This document shows positions 39,848 through 53,640 of a stretch of 64,000 nt of DNA, in pieces; position 1 is the stretch's first letter, and each line of letters starts with the position of its first letter. The translations under genes were made by a program, and so were the position numbers. The notes below the pieces were generated by a model, which worked only from the letters and a program-made list of their open reading frames with translations, was not told the origin of the DNA and made no database searches. Source of the stretch: Takakia lepidozioides (Eukaryota > Plantae > Bryophyta); contig CM060732.1 of the NCBI GenBank assembly GCA_030704615.1, positions 5,890,001 through 5,954,000 on the forward strand. Direction: 5' to 3'.

Positions 39848-40583
39848 TCCAAGTCTCATTCAACTTGTTGGGAGGGTGTCGTCTCTTCACTCTTCCGAAT
39901 CGCATTGTGGGATATGCAGAATTGTCCAATCCGTCTCTACTGGACCGAGCAGTCTGCAATGGCTGGGTCTTAGGAACTGGAAATGCGTGGGCCGGGACGT
40001 CTGTGCGTTGCACCATTCGAAATCTTGCTGCAGATAGAGCATCCGCCTCATTCTGAGAGAGGCTGCAACCTGGTGCAACAGGCCAGACGCCCGGAGGCTC
40101 CGACATTCCCTGAATCCCGTACTTGGGCTTGCCCAATACACAGGTCATTATGTCGTGCCTACAGAACCAAAACGTCTACGTTGTGGCGTGAGAAAATGTG
40201 GGAGTCAAAAATCTGCCGCTGAAACAAGGTGCAGGTACAGCACCGTGTGGGTTCCTCCGAATCATCTCACCACAGCGTGCTCTCGTATCCACCCGAATGG
40301 CGCAGCACTTCCCTTGAAATGCCGGCAATGTCCTTGCAATTCTCCACTGTGACTCCGACACTCTTGTCTCCACAATGGGTATGTTGTACTGCGTTACCAC
40401 AGATGGCTCGTTATGTTCCTCGGGCACATGCCCTGTGCTCAAAGGAGATGGCGATCTTGAACGTGCAGGACTTGCGGTGCTCGATGAGACCTCCTCGGGC
40501 AACATCACGGGACCACGAGGGAGCGTGCGAATATTCTTGTCAGCTCGTCATGAATCCTCTTCCCCGCCAGGTGCCTCGTCAAG
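39848..40583 (-). pseudogene. C-terminal fragment of the MULE transposase (region preceding SWIM)
   Basis: RGPVMLPEEVSSS...QWRIART...GAVPAP; overlaps copy A at 23449-23565 and copy B at about 44150-44900. Confidence 0.8.
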
Positions 40584-40599
40584 TATGCCTGCAATATAC

Positions 40600-41010
40600 A
40601 TTGTGGTTTCATCGTTTGGGTTCACCCAAGTCTGGATCCTCACTGAGAGCCTTCTCCGGAATAAGAACAAAGTGAAAGTACCTTCCCAGTCCAGGGTCAG
40701 CAATTCTTATGTGTTTGTCAAACGCACTCTTGAGGTTCTTCCTCGCTAGATCCATCTCCTCCTTCATTTTCGCCTCCACCCCGTTTGTTGTTCTCTCATC
40801 ATCCGGAGTAGTGGTATAATACTCCAGCTTGGCTCGCTCTCCCGCATCTGCAATTTCTTGTTGTGACACAAGAACGGTGGCTTCGTATTACATGATAACC
40901 CAGGTAAGAGCAAATGTGATCCATAATTGAATCAACATGGATGTCTGATCAGAACGTATTCTTACCGCATACGAGTACTCGATGAGAAGCTGCCATCGAC
41001 GCCAGCTTAA
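40600..41010 (-). pseudogene. Fragment of the N-terminal exons of the MTase-like gene
   Basis: QEIADAGERAKLEYY...KNLKSAFDKHIRIADPGLG ~ QEIAETGLKAKAEYY...KNLMSAFDKQIRIADPGLG (63732 exon). Upstream exon end IEYSYA|gtaag ~ LEYMYT|gtaag. Confidence 0.8.
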
Positions 41011-41315
41011 AATGGCACCCATTCTTCTATTCCTCCACCTCTCTTCATCTCTACAAATGCAAAAACAAATACACTATGAAACACAAGCGCTCCTCCACTC
41101 ACCTGAATCTAAGTCTGTCCTCCGCTGTCCGTGTCCACATCTCCTACTCACATGCTCCCTTTTGCTTGAGCCTTCCTCCTCCTGTATAGCTTGTATTCTC
41201 TTGATGCCAGACTCACGCAAAAGGGGCTGCTCCAAGAGCTCATTGAGCTGCCTGTCCAGAAAGAGCTCTTGACCTCCCCGACTCTGCATACTTTCGCCCA
41301 TAGATCCCTCCCCCG

Positions 41316-41990
41316 CACTACAACAAATTCCGGCTTTTACGTCTACTATTTTCCAGTCGTATCAGCCTTTTATGACTGCATGACTGCCCTGTCAGATAAA
41401 CCCAGTCAATTGTGATAAATGAGTTGTAAGCGCCATAGAGTCGTATCTGCTAGTCGTGGAGCTCACTGTTGACGTGGCAACGGGGACGCCTAATCATAGT
41501 CATTGATAAGACCGTAGTAAATGATTGCGAATCCATGTCAGCTTCACGTGGAACGGAAGGGATATGCCACGTGTCACGTCAAAGGGAAGGCGACAGGGTC
41601 TTCATGACTGGCATATATGACTTCCGCAGATTAACCCCAGGACAGCACGTGGAGAATACCGGGAACGACACGGGGCATGACAGGGTGACTTCCGCAGATT
41701 AACCCCGTGACAACACGTGGATTATACTGGACATGACACGTGGCATGACAATATGGAGCGGGAGGGTCTTTCGTGACTGGCATATATGACTTCGGACGTT
41801 GAATCCCAAGTCCACACGTGGAGTCAAATTATGCAGAATGGGGGTGGGGTGGTCGTTATGACTAGAACATATGACTTCCATGGCGCACTCTGGATACTGC
41901 ACGTGGCACGAGTATGGGCGAACATGAGGGGTGAAAGTGGCACGTGGCGGAGGCTGTGGATGGGAGGTAGTCGTGTACATGACCGTAGCA
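41316..41990 (+). mobile_element. Probable CACTA element terminus with subterminal repeats
   Basis: CACTACAACAAAT at 41316, followed by many CATGAC/CACGTG motifs. Partner end not found. Confidence 0.5.
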
Positions 41991-42966
41991 TTGAAACACG
42001 AAAGTGCACCATTGAAAGCATACGAAAACACAAATTGGAACATCGATTCAAATACAACGTGACTTAATGTTCAGAGATCCATTCCATAATCTAATGCGGT
42101 GCTGCTACAAAAATGCACAAAGCTGCAAAGTCTAAGTAGACTTCCAAATGCCTGAGCAGAAGATGCATACACTGGCTTGGCCGGACTTGGTCACCCACCT
42201 TCAACTGCCATCCAGCCCGAAAACGGCAGAAGATACATGAGCAAGCTTTCAGGCAATAGAGCAACAACAACATTGACATATGTGAAACAAACTAACATCG
42301 CTAAGAATATGTCTAAGCACCATTACACAAACTCGATGTGTGCAAAATGGAAAATTGCAGGTAGGGAACAGTAGCATGAAATTCTTCACTGAACTGCAGC
42401 TAACACCAGCAAATGCCAGTACTATTGGATGAGAGCTCACTACACTTAATTCATGTTAGCCCTCTCCTGCCCCAAAGTGTCTGACTGCCCATTCTTATGG
42501 CACTTACATAGATTCTCTCTCAAGTATCACGAAGCTTTTATCAATAAGGAAGCCCCGAGTTACCCTGTACATTTGAGAACTTAAGTACTTAGCAGCACGA
42601 CAAACACAACTGCTGGCTGATTAGAGAAAATGTTCCACGTAAGGGGCATTGGCTCCCAATATAACCACCAGGGATTACAGGAACGCTATTTCTAATATCA
42701 CGCAGCTGTGGAGGAGGGATGAGAGAAAGAGGAACAGCGGAGGTCGTTATGCTTACTGTGCGTCTTCCTTCGAAGCAAAGACTGAATGGTTGTACTTTAT
42801 GCATGGAAATGACGCCACGACTGATGGCTCCATTCCCCGCAAGCTTCGATCAACCTGAAATGAAAACAAGCGTGACAAAGCCCAAGTTCATGCTGGTGCT
42901 TTCCGTGAATTGATCCAATGACTTGCCTAGACTTTCAAGTGAACCAATTTTAGTCCTCCCATCAGA

Positions 42967-45900
42967 GGTTTACTATTTCATGAGCAGAAACCATGAGCCA
43001 TGAGCCATGAGCCGCATGAGCCGCATGAGCGGTGAGCCGAAGTCTAAGATACGCGGATTTCATGAGCGGACTCCTCCAAATTTGGAAATGCGGCAGATTA
43101 AACAAGTATTAAAATAATAGTTTTTTATTTGACCTTGCCGTTTTTGGACGTTCCAGATCATGTAATGCGGCGAAGATATGTCGTCAGTAACAAGTCCGCT
43201 CATGGTTTTTTAGATCCGCTCATGGAAATAAGTGACCGTGCAACGGGAAATCCAGTATACCACTGCAAAAGGACGTCGCATACTGGCCTGTATAGAGTAT
43301 TCCGCGGTTTTACATGCCTTAACATTGGAATGAAGCTGACCCTTTTGCCGCGATTGAACCAATGGAGTCTGCACCAATACAGTCTGCAGTACTTCACAAT
43401 TCTGTCTTCTTCGGGTATTCGGCGGGAAAGGTTTGCAACTGAACTGGGAAATAGGGTGCCGCATTAGGGTTCGCACGTGCAAATTTCGGAGCGGTTTGGT
43501 GTTGGCGAAGGCCGCCTCTGGGGGTACCTACGACGATACTTGGAAATTCGGCGCCGCATCTCCTTGTCGGAGGTCGAATGAGGAGAGCAAGTTTTCGGAA
43601 AGCAGAAAAACATGAACCCTCCAACATACAAAAATACATGCACGTGGAAACAAGTGAACGATATAGTAATATCTTAGTTCGATCAAAACAGGTTACTGGT
43701 AGGCAAGACATATGTCGGACCTTTGTGTGGCCAGAGTCTGAGGTACTGGCAGCAGTACAGTTCTACTATCCGAAAAGGATGGGCGTACCATTGTATGTGG
43801 ACCGCAAGCCAAGCTCACTGGTCCCCTGGATCCATATTCAGAAGAGTGTGAACCTCCTGGGGGCTCAACCCTGGTGCATGTATGAAGTGATGAGTTGTGG
43901 AATTACAACGGAGTCTCTTTAGGTACACGTAGTACAAATGCTTGCAAGGGCAGTATGATGCCCCCTTGTTCGCCATGATCTGGAAGTCGGTGCAATTGCA
44001 GGTGGGTAATTCTGAAATGGTGATGGTGTACACCTCATTGCGAACAGCTGAGCCCGCCGTGGCCATCTGATACACACGCCCGAATCCTGGTGGGGGCACT
44101 TCTGTCGAGCTCTGGATTGTACAGTTCATCCGAAGTGCATTCCCCATCCTTGTCTCGTTCACTTTTGAGGGAGGTCGCCGCCTCTTCGGTTTCCCCCAAC
44201 GGTGTGTAGGATGCTTAGAGCTGTCGTGTCCCATTGTTCTTGCTCTCACAAGGGTCGGTGGTGGAGGCTGTGGAAGCGGAAATGGTTCTCTGGGGACGTC
44301 AGTGCGCTGCACCATCCGAAATCCTGCGGCGGTAAGGGCGTCGGCCTCAACCTGACTCAGATCGCAGCCTAGTTCCACCGGCCACACCGGGGGAGCCTCT
44401 GGCATTGTTTGTATGCCGTACTTGGGCTTTCCATACACGCAAGTCATAATGTCATGCCTGCAGAACCAGAACTGGGTGGTTGTCGCCTCCGCAAACTTTG
44501 CATGGACAAATCTTCCTGTAAAAGTAGGAGCAGGGACAGCCCCATCTGGATTCCTCCTTATCATCTCTAAACAACGTTGCCGTGTATCCACACGAATTGC
44601 GGAACACCTTCCTCGAAACGACGGCTTTGTGCGAGCAATTCTCCACTGTGAGGCAGACACAGTCGTCTCCACAATGGCTTGGCCATACTGCATAACAGCG
44701 GGCGGAATGTGGGGCAAGGGAGCGGTGGGAATTTGTTGCACGAAATCCCCGGTTGAAGGCGACGGCGATCTGGAATTTCTTGGGCTTCCACTGCTGGAAG
44801 ACATTGTGCGGCAACATGACGGGACCTCGAGGTGCTGTCCGAATGTTCCTGTCGGATCTCCAGGAATCCTCTTCGCACCCGGGTTCCTCTTCAATCCTCC
44901 GCCTCACAGGGCGAGTCCGGACGTCCCCCTCTAGGTGTTCACCTCTGCGGTGCAGAGGCGTCCCTTTGATCTTCTCTCGCAATGCTGTCGCCCATTTCAC
45001 TGGATTCTTGGACCTCGAAGCTGTTCGTACCAACAATTCCTCCCTGTCCGGCCCAAAGCCCCATTGTTTGCCGCTCATGAACTTGTAGTACGTGGCTTGC
45101 TGCATGATTGCTCTGTCAATGTCCTCCGTTGTGGCCGTCACTACGTCCACCAGATGTGCGGCAGAAGACGCTCGCCAGGAGGAGTGGACCGATTCTGCCA
45201 TATTTGTGTTCGGCATGTCCGTGTCGGAATCCAAGCACCGCTCCTAGAAAGACAAAACAATGGTGAGGGACCAATCGAAATGTCCGTAACAGAAAGACAA
45301 ATGAACGAAATTGACAGCAGCCTACCTCCCGCATGTACTGTCCGAACTGTCGATACCGAAAATGCCACCACCCACAAACCAGCTGTGCAATGCTCCCAGA
45401 TTGGTTGTCTCCACTGCACCTGACGTGTTCCACCAAGCCTCATGATAGCAAACTTAACCTCCGCGTCATCAAATGTGGGTGCATCCTTCCACGCCGTACA
45501 AAGGACACGGTGTTCAGCCTGGAATGAGCTAGCAACAAATTTGGTAGTGTAGTGGGATAGACTCTGCATCCAATGGAATCCACAGGATCTCTCTTTCCCC
45601 TCCATTGGAACATTGGGGTCCTCACCGTACACACGCCGCACCGCTGCCCAGTTGGCCTGAGCGTTGTCTGCCATGAATCCCCTGAAATTGGGCTCTGGCA
45701 ATCCCGCCCTTGCCATCTGCTGGTTTATGCCCTCCCACAGATGCATCTCGGACTGTGTGTCCTCCCCTTTCATCTCGCAGATTGCAATCGTCATGAGCCT
45801 CTTGGAGTGATAGTCATAAACATGCGCACCCATAGTCACCCACTGATGGTTTGTAATTCGCTTGATGTGATCAAACATCACCCAAGCATTCGACAAGTTT

Positions 45901-46377
45901 CCAGTTGTCATGCGAGTGACCAAGTCGACTCCACTCCCAGGCCCACACGTCGACATTTTGAAAATGTAACAACGATCGGATTCGCTGCCTTGCCCTGGAA
46001 ACCTGCTACCTTGGATGTAGTCATATCCAGTCATTCGTTTCACACCTCCAGGATTGAGTACATGTCCGACCCCCTGCCGAACTCCTGCTTGCAAGATACG
46101 ATGTGATTCCGCACATTCGGACTACAAACGTGCGAGACGGACTCCAAGAGGTCACGCATCTCGTCTTCGGTCAAGGGCTCTCGGTCGGAACCATCTTCAG
46201 ACATGATTTTGCCAAGAGCAATCTTGTGGGCTGCCTTCAGCTGAATCTGCTTTGGTCTGGCTCCGGGGCTCAATTTCACCTCCTCTTTTATGATGTCGTG
46301 TGCTTCCTGCACAGCCTCACGCATGTTGCCTCTCGCCAAGGGGTGGCAGTGGACCCCAACGTGTATGCAAGCTCTAG
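42967..46377 (-). mobile_element. MULE-family element B (terminus plus transposase), running into the assembly gap
   Basis: Terminus GGTTTACTATTTCATGAGC followed by (CATGAGC)n; GAAATTCGGCGCC at about 43543. Confidence 0.75.
43815..46377 (-). pseudogene. MULE transposase with C-terminal SWIM zinc finger, copy B (frameshifted)
   Basis: HVGVHCH, WVMFDH, FMADN, CGFH, NMAES. Intron 45325-45244 at the same position as in copy A. SWIM CNC...CPCKH in 43815-44894. Confidence 0.82.
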
Positions 46378-46877
46378 NNNNNNNNNNNNNNNNNNNNNNN
46401 NNNNNNNNNNNNNNNNNNNNNNNNNNNNNNNNNNNNNNNNNNNNNNNNNNNNNNNNNNNNNNNNNNNNNNNNNNNNNNNNNNNNNNNNNNNNNNNNNNNN
46501 NNNNNNNNNNNNNNNNNNNNNNNNNNNNNNNNNNNNNNNNNNNNNNNNNNNNNNNNNNNNNNNNNNNNNNNNNNNNNNNNNNNNNNNNNNNNNNNNNNNN
46601 NNNNNNNNNNNNNNNNNNNNNNNNNNNNNNNNNNNNNNNNNNNNNNNNNNNNNNNNNNNNNNNNNNNNNNNNNNNNNNNNNNNNNNNNNNNNNNNNNNNN
46701 NNNNNNNNNNNNNNNNNNNNNNNNNNNNNNNNNNNNNNNNNNNNNNNNNNNNNNNNNNNNNNNNNNNNNNNNNNNNNNNNNNNNNNNNNNNNNNNNNNNN
46801 NNNNNNNNNNNNNNNNNNNNNNNNNNNNNNNNNNNNNNNNNNNNNNNNNNNNNNNNNNNNNNNNNNNNNNNNNNNNN
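46378..46877. other. Assembly gap (500 N)
   Basis: Run of N. Confidence 1.
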
Positions 46878-47617
46878 ATTTCGTCAACTCATCCATTCAT
46901 TCCACAGCTTCACTCAGATCTCTCTACACAGTGTGATTGTATCGTAAAGTATCCGATTATGATTTATCAGGTATCAGGCCGAAGCCATTGTGTCTCTAAT
47001 CTGCTCTACAATATCATTACAGCCTTGCATATAACAAGCATCTACTCATCATCTCTCTATCTTCACTTCCGTTCTTAATCTCTGCCCGATCCCTCTCCTC
47101 CATGACCAAGAAGTCCTCCACCTATGATATCCCCAAATTCCCCGCTTCTCCCCTTTATCTTCTTACCCGTGGTTCTAACCGTTTCCCTCACTAACCGTCG
47201 TCTGTGAACTAACATGTTCCCTTCGCAGGTGTTGTTTCCCCACAGTCGTTCCTGTCCTGCTCTCGTTCCCTATGATCGTGACAGCTGTGTCAAGCTGTGA
47301 CTGGCTGTGTGAAACTGTGACGGGCTGTGACTGGTTGTGCGACTGTGTTTTGCTGTGTCGGCTGTGTCGGGCTGTGTCGGCTGTGATGGCTGTGTCGGCT
47401 GTGACGGCTGTGACGGCTGTGTCGGCTGTGACGACTGTGACGGCTGTGTTGGCTGTGTCGGCTGTGTCGGCTGTGACTACTGTGACGGGCTGTGTAACCC
47501 CCCTCTACAGTGCGCTGCTGTCACCCCTTAGGCTCCTGTTGGTCTCAGTCTGTGCAAAAATTAAGGGTACCCTACAGATCCCGTTTCAGTGTCTAAGTCC
47601 CAGACAGTCCTCTAACA
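46878..47617 (-). mobile_element. Second copy of the leader/LTR of the 35990-39273 retroelement
   Basis: Colinear with about 38410-39273, ending CAGTCCTCTAACA. Confidence 0.85.
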
Positions 47618-47619
47618 AT

Positions 47620-49400
47620 GTTTCCCAAGCTCTTGTGCAGGATGGGGCACAGCAGCACAGAGCTGCTATTATTGGAGCAGGGCCTTCAGAGAGGGAAGAG
47701 GAAGTCACATCGATACCACAGCCACCACAACCAATTGACTCTGTTGTTTTAGAGGTTCCATATTAGTATATTCTGTGGCATCACACCCAATTGCTCTGGA
47801 AGGAGAAGGTTGGACATTCCCACTACAGAGCAGTCGTGGCCGAAATTGAGAAGGGGTGACCTTCTCTATGAAAATCTGCTTGGTAAGGGAAACATTGATT
47901 CAGAGGTGTAGTGGTTGTCCCAGGGGAAACCCTGCTGTGCATGTATACCCACACTTGTGACGGAGGTACCAGGGGTAGAATATCAAGACACTGCAGCACC
48001 TGTGGCGGATGAGGTGGTTCAGGAAGAAAATCTGGTGGGGCGATGGCCTGAATGGTTTCGTGAGGCATCACACTGTTGAGGATCAGGGAGAACAACAGCA
48101 AGCTCACCATGATGAACCTCAGCAGGCCATGCTTATGAGTTCCATAAGCAGACACTTAATTTGTTGGGCACTTATGTGAAATCCCATGTTCCATCTACCC
48201 AATTGGCAGCTTTGAGGGAGGAACTCAGGAAGGAGTTTGAGGCTCGACTTGCCACTGAGTGTGCAAACAAGGTCGATGAGGAGGTCACTCTCAAGTTACA
48301 AGCAAGAGTTAGAGGATACAAAAGCTGCTTTGCAGTTGGGCAAGGAACATTTGATTGAAGCAGGCCTCGCGTGGACCAGTTGCACGAAGCACATAAGCAA
48401 CAAGCTATACTACCAATGCAAGTGAAGCATGAGACAAGTTGGCAAGAAGTGAATGCACTACATACGGAGTTGTAGACAGTACATGAGAGGATGGCCATAC
48501 AATGTGCTACACTCACAACTACTCTTCAACAAACTACATTAGAAGTTAACAGACAAGGGGAGATATTAATGAAGGCAGAGGCAGAGAATGTCGAGCAGGC
48601 GAAACTTATTGTTGACATGAAGAATACAATCTGTCGCAATGAGAATACTTTCAAGCAATACAGATAGGTTGAAGCTGACCAAGAGAGGTAACCATCCTGG
48701 AATTGCAACAAACGGTCATTGTAAATAGAAATGAACTCTCTGGGCTAACAAGACTTGGAAGGAAGCCAATAATCTGGCTGCTACCTATGCGAGTTTGGTT
48801 GAACCCTCATGCGAAGTGCATGAAGGCTTTCCAGTAGCAGATAGATATGTACAGGCTCACAGAGGAGCAGACTCTCAGGGGTGCCACACACAACTTGGTG
48901 GATAACCACCTTATGCAGGTCTGGTTAGCACAAGGGCCGGTGGAAGGCAAAGCACCACGGAAGCTCACCCAGGGCGAGATGAATGAGCTCAGACTGCAGG
49001 TGCAGAACATTGCCACAACTACTATAGACAATGTCTATAGTAGGATAGCTGAGCTTCAGGAGGATGTAGAAGGCCTGCAGACTCAGGTGGATGACCTGAG
49101 TTCAAATATTGACAAGAGAGTGTTTGTACATGAGGAGCAGCTGATGGCTACTTATTTACAAGCCAGAACTTTAATTTTTCAGTCTTCTTCGCAAGGGGTG
49201 CAGGAGATGCCAGTGGTAGAAGGGCCAGTGCTACCGATACCATAACAAGTGACTGTGCAGGTAGCTGAACCTGTTGTTACTACAGCCACACCACAACCTG
49301 AGGTATGGGGGGATGCTGCTTTTAACCCACCACCCACATTTTGCATACAAGTCCACCAGGGTATTGTTCAGAATGAAAGTTGGTACAATTCCAACGTTCA
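47620..49400 (+). pseudogene. Degraded coiled-coil-like coding remnants, probably transposon-derived
   Basis: Broken ORFs 48161-48358 and 48847-49245 with heptad-like E/L/Q-rich text; no diagnostic motif. Confidence 0.3.
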
Positions 49401-51572
49401 TGGTATTTAGGAGTCATTTATAAGTAGGGGAGCTCCGGGGATCAAACAAGACGACAGTGAGAGGGGGTGTCATATCAGTGGGTGAAGGACGGGGGCTTAG
49501 AAAGAGAGAGAAGGACGAAGTAAACACTGATTGGTGGGAGGGGATAGAGGGTTTCTTGTGTATAAGTGGGTGCCGCAATGATAGAAATTCGAGCAGAGGT
49601 TGCTTCTGCAGCTTCATCCCAGGCACTGGGCCTGTACCATGAACGTCGGGGGTGCAGAGCTTGCAGCTCAAAAAGCAGACCAAGGTCAGGGCCTGGCTTT
49701 GCGTTCGAATGCAGAAGTTCGACTGAGTGAGTGACACATTGCGCTTTCTTAGTCAATGAATACCTAGAGTGAGCGACGTCGGCAACCTGCCGTTTCTGGT
49801 CCCTGGCAAGTAGGCTTTGAAGCTGGAGAGCAACTCTCTTGGAAAGGAGATTGATCTTCTATTCCAGTAGACATATAATGTACATGTTGTCGCCGAGTAG
49901 AGCCTGCAAATGAGAAGATGCATAGCCCGCAACATCTTTCTTCTTCATTATAGCTTGGTTGGTGTATGCAGTGTGGGGAGGTCCTGTCTGGGCCTTGATA
50001 AAAAAGCAGTCATCACGACTGAGCAAGAACCTTCTCGCAGAGGGCATGCTTGCATGGGTAAAGATTAATGTCGTGTATCCATAGATTGTACAAGCGGGAG
50101 TAGCCGCCACCTTCATGCCGTAGCGGGTGCGAATGAGGCACGGCAGAGGTGCTATACGCCATGGCTGGGGCCACCAGTGAGTGTCCCTCTTGTAGCGTTG
50201 TTTCCCTGCCGGTGTCTTTGTACTAAACCTCGTGTGTGCGGAGAGCTTTGGTAGGCCAGTACAGATGGAGCCCGCATTAGAGTAGTAGAGCCAGTGGTTG
50301 GGGGCACCCGAGAGAGTGTCTCCGCGCTCCGATCTTGAAGCAGAGTGCAGGTGTTGAGGAGAGACGTGTTGTGCCTTGGTGTGAAATTTTTCACGGAATC
50401 CTATAAAATGATACTTAACAGCAGCGTCGTGAACAAGCCATAGATGACATACCAATGTCTAGCCTATGAGTGATGTCTGCGCTACGCAGCAGCGTGAGGG
50501 AAGAGGAGCTTGGGCATGGCAACGAGCATAGCTAAAAACAAAGAGGGCTAAAATGACGGGAAGGCTAAAAGAGAATACATGAAGAGACAGGAGAGCGGGA
50601 AAATCTGGCGGAACCCTAGAAGATAGTCATGGCTAAATTCCTGGCTAACGATCGTGGAGGGAACGAGGAGGGGGGCGAAGCGCCGCTCCGCCCGGACAGG
50701 CATGCACCTTCAAGCTGACCAAATGAGGGATAATGTGGGTGTTGTCGTACAACCTTCGTAGCATTGAATCCCAACAACATCCCGTAAATTGGTCCTCGAA
50801 CATACTTTGATCATAATGAGCGCCGCCATTTATTCGTACCGTTATCTTCCCAATGGCAAAGGCCTTCGACGTCATGTACTGGGGGGGGGGGGGGGGATTC
50901 GCATTAAAAAACCGATGCAATATCTTTTTCCATCCACCATATTTTCGTGAGTTCCCGCTCTAGCTTGTCTTGGTTTTCAAACTAGTACGGCAAGACTTTG
51001 CGTATATCCAATGGGGTGGCTAAGCCCCAATCACACACCCCAATCTTGATCTCCTCGGTGCCATCTGGAAAATGCAACAAGATGTTTTCGGGGAACAAGT
51101 CGTTGTGCATGACACCGTTCTTATGGACAACATCTATGATGTACACAAGTGCCCATGTAAAGTTTACTGCGTACTTTCCGGAAACGAAGCAAACGATCGC
51201 ATTCTTGGAACTCTTCTTCTGTTCTTTTTTTTTCTTCCAAAATCACCCTGTTGTCCCAATTGTTGCCCCATTTTCTGTCAAGGTTCATCATGTCACGTAG
51301 TGTCCTCCATTCCACCAGCGAGTGTAACCCTCTACCTCACGTGCATTCACAGCAAAATATGAAATAACACCCGGATGCTGGAACTTCACTGCCAAACACT
51401 TGTCGTTATGTTGTCTCAGCGTCTTTTCGGGATTTTTGGATTTGGGTTTTTTTCCCGCTAGTTCCCAACGCTCCGGTATTCTAGAATCGCCAACAATCCT
51501 ACACTGACGGACCTTAGCATACCCTCTTTCTTTGTAAGGGCCAATCTCTACGACCTTCGCACTTGAGTTTAC

Positions 51573-52140
51573 CTAATAAAGACCAGTTGTGTTTCCCCCG
51601 CCCAATGACCCCGCCTTCCAAGGGACAACCCTAGTCCGGCGATGTGAATTCTGACTTGCTGAGTAAGCCCAATACTCGACACGCCCCATTAACTCAACTT
51701 CGGCGGAGGGCACCCGACCCTCAGTTGTTCTACCCTTCCATGTCGTCATTAGCTGCCTCAAATTCCATGTGACGTCTTTTGCCCTGCTTTGGATCCACCG
51801 ATTGAAATTCGGCTTGTCCCTGTCTGTTGTCCACTTAACCCCTGCTAAAGCGTCCGTCATTTTCCTTTCCATATTCTGCTGGAAAATTTGAAATCCCTCC
51901 CATCCATGTCTGACATAAGCACTCTCCAGCCTCATCATGTCCCTACCCCTGAAATAATCCACTACCACTTCTTTCACCCTATCCAAGGCATCCGGTCTCG
52001 TGTAGTCTTGCTTGTTGACCTGGCTATCCTGCTCGTGGGCACGTTTTCTCTTCCTCAGACCCCCAGACGACGACCTCGCCCCAGAACTTGAATTCGCAAC
52101 CCCCCCCCCGACATTGTATAAACATTTGCCTACTACAGGG
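51573..52140 (-). pseudogene. Possible CACTA TnpA/ORF2-like fragment
   Basis: RKRKR followed by ...YSASQNSHRRTRVVPWKAGSLG, reminiscent of plant Transposase_24/PTTA. Lies next to the 52760-53640 subterminal-type array. Confidence 0.35.
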
Positions 52141-52759
52141 GACAGAACCTCAGAAAACGGCAATGGACGCGTGTGGATGATATCTTCGTAGTTTCTGAAA
52201 AAAAATAGTTCACCGGAGATCCAAAAACAGCAAAATGGTACTACGATGACTGAACCGTGAACGAAGGTGTGGGACTGACCAATATAAATCCGACAAAACC
52301 TCATCCCCCCCAAATAATCACCTTCGCATCTCCCGTTGGCAGTGGCAAATAACAAAGTCCGAAAGGACTACAGGATGCCAAGGACCACACCACGAGAGGC
52401 CCGAGGGGCAAAAAAGTGATCAGAAATGGAGGGAGAATGGTTTATATAGGCGCCCCCCACCAACCTCCCCCCCCCCCTGGCATTATGCTTGAAAAGGCGC
52501 GACAGGCTAGTGACGCCTCGCCACATGTCAGCGCGGCACGACTGGCCAGTCGCACCTCACCACGCACACCCACATGGGAGAGATCAAGGGTTCGAAACCA
52601 CCTGCCACCCCCCCCCCCCCCCCCCCCCGCTTCCATTTGTTTTGTTTGTCCTGACCCGTGATGCCTCGCCATGTGGCCAGGAAAAGCTTCACGATCAGTT
52701 TTTTCTTAAAACATACCGCCACACGGCGGGTCCTTCGATTTCCAAGAAAAAAAAAACAC

Positions 52760-53640
52760 GCGATCGCCGCATGGCGGTCGCTATATTAAAAATAAAAATG
52801 ACCGTCACATGGCGGTCGCAGCATTATTTAAAACTATATTAAATAAGCGATCGCCAAACGGCGGTAGCTTAATTTAAGATTCAAAATATAAAAAAACGAC
52901 CGCCGCCAAATGTCGGTCGCTATAGTTTTTATAAAAAAAGAAACGGCCGCCACATGGTGGTCGCTGCATTTTTAAAAAATCTATTAAATAAACGACCGCC
53001 AAACCATGGTCGCTTTATTGAAGAATAAAAATAAAAATAAGCGACCGCCGGCAAATGGCGATCGCTGCATATATTAAAGAAACGACCGCCAAACGGCGGT
53101 CGCTTTATTTAGAGTCAAAATAAAAATAACCGACCGCCGCTAAATGGCAAAAACAAATAGAGCAACCACCACATGGCAATCGCTGCATTTTTAAAATATA
53201 TATTTAAGAAACGACCGCCAAACGGCGGTTGCTTAATTTAAAAATCAAAATACAAATATGCGACGGCCGACGTATGGCGGTCGCTGTATTTTTTTAAATA
53301 TATTAAAAAAACGACCGCCGTACAGCGGTCGCTTCTTTTAAGAAACAAAATAAAAAGATGCGACCGCCACTTGGCGGTCACGAAATATTATTAATATACA
53401 AAAACGAGTGACTGCCAAAATAATAAACTGCGATCGCCAATCTAGGCGGTCGCTTAATTTAAAATATACTAAATTACAAACGACCGCCGATATGAGTGGT
53501 CGCATAATTTAAAAATTAATAAATTTTTGACGGACGCCAATACAGGCGGTTGCTTAATTTAATAAAATATTAAATTAAAAAAAACGACCGCCAATATAGG
53601 CGGTCGCTTGATTTAAAAAATAATAAATTATAAACGACCG
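52760..53640. repeat. Array of ~19 short inverted repeats CGACCGCC-N3-6-GGCGGTCG in AT-rich spacers (CACTA subterminal-type)
   Basis: Motif recurs every ~40-50 bp. Confidence 0.85.

Noticed and set aside
43815-44894. Separate overlapping SWIM gene or programmed frameshift
   Set aside because: The homologous fragment at 40176-40583 reads through in one frame, so copy B most likely has a simple indel near 44800.
46103-47078. ORFs with X runs
   Set aside because: They span the N gap.
49753-50920. Host gene
   Set aside because: No recognisable motifs or coherent exon structure; left unannotated.
52760-53640. CRISPR array
   Set aside because: Repeats are degenerate and spacers are low-complexity AT sequences similar to each other.
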